Source of the DNA: Zygnema circumcarinatum SAG 698-1b
Taxonomy: Eukaryota; Plantae; Zygnematophyceae
Length of the DNA stretch: 64,000 nt
Direction: 5' to 3'
Assembly: GCA_037447605.1 (NCBI GenBank)
Contig: CM074807.1
Location: 3,236,829-3,300,828, forward strand
The position numbers and the translations under genes were made by a program. Of the stretch, positions 61,881 through 64,000 are shown one piece after another. How positions within the stretch are numbered: position 1 is the first letter of the stretch; each line of letters opens with the position of its first letter. Below the pieces are notes generated by a model. It saw only the letters and a list, made by a program, of their open reading frames with translations. It was not told the DNA's origin and searched no databases.

Positions 61881-62624
61881 GGGGAAAGAATGAAAGAAGT
61901 GACATTACTGAGGTTCCGTCCTTTTTTTTGCCAATGACAGGTTTAAGTGTAACGTTGAGTTGTCCATGCATCATTTTTCCATGCGCCTTTCAGGAGAAAT
62001 GAGCAGTATGCGGTCCAGGAGCTACATCATGTGATGTTGCACACGGGGATTATCAATGTCCATTGAATGTTGCGGTTGTATGTGCCCAAAGGAGACTATA
62101 GCACATGGAATCGAACGGAAACACAGCCTCCCTTCAGTCACTCAAGTTGTGATTGTAAACGAAAAGGGGAAAGGGGTAGTTGCACACCGACACTGCCTGC
62201 CACCTTTTTGGGGGGTTCGGACTTTTTAATTTCTTTCGACCTTTTTTTTGCTACTTTTTTGGCTGACTTCTGAAGATACGTTTCATAGGAAAAGCTGTTC
62301 GTTCCTGGTGTCTTGATGCTGCGCCATAATTTGCGCTACACACATCATGGACATCAGTTTTGCTATCGAAGTAATGGCATCATCGTCATCAACATACTCT
62401 GTTGTGGGTTCTGTCACACCACACAGAAATCCCAAGCTCCTGCAACACCCACCTTGCCAAAATCAATTCGGTAAATTTCCCCATCCTCAGTCGTTTGCTA
62501 CCAGGAGAATTTTGTAGGGTTTTGGGAATTACTCCAAAGCCCTACAACCCCAACCCTCAGTCAATTCAGGCAACGCCATCCCATGCTCCACCCCATCCAA
62601 CTCTGGTCTCAGTTCAGTTCCAGT

Positions 62625-63880
<1,256 letters not shown>

Positions 63881-64000
63881 CCCTTGGGTCTTTGGGCGGT
63901 TTCCGATGAACAATAATGGGTTCCCTACGCGGGAGTCTCTCACTACTCAGCTAACAAATTCTATATACTAAAACCCATACTGACTTTACAAAAGCTGAAA

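Overview
Eukaryotic, intron-rich nuclear DNA from the plant lineage. The proteins are land-plant-like, AAACCCTA telo-boxes are frequent and introns are full of CT/GA microsatellites; a streptophyte alga or early land plant is my inference. It is a draft assembly with seven 10-N gaps. From left to right: the 5' half of an apparently intact Ty3/Gypsy LTR retrotransposon (minus; one open gag-pol frame, tRNA-iMet PBS, ~940-bp LTR); a multi-exon chromatin protein resembling the C-terminal half of CHD6-9/Kismet plus FYRN/FYRC, with no ATPase or chromodomain exons visible; PIG-H; a class-I (START-like) PITP with an 8-nt microexon; MenE/AAE14; two orphan genes; FKBP17-2; a NARA5-like pfkB kinase; endonuclease V; SUD1/MARCH6 E3 ligase; and a ~225-aa stand-alone tankyrase-like ADP-ribosyltransferase with an intact H-Y-E triad, whose last three exons are tandemly duplicated. 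Intergenic stretches hold two MITEs and a CpG-rich element with inverted ACGACAAA repeats. The strongest candidates for something new are the ATPase-less CHD7-like/FYR protein, the minimal PARP, and the strand polarity of the microsatellites (pyrimidine in introns, purine in exons). All homology calls are from remembered motifs; no searches were run.
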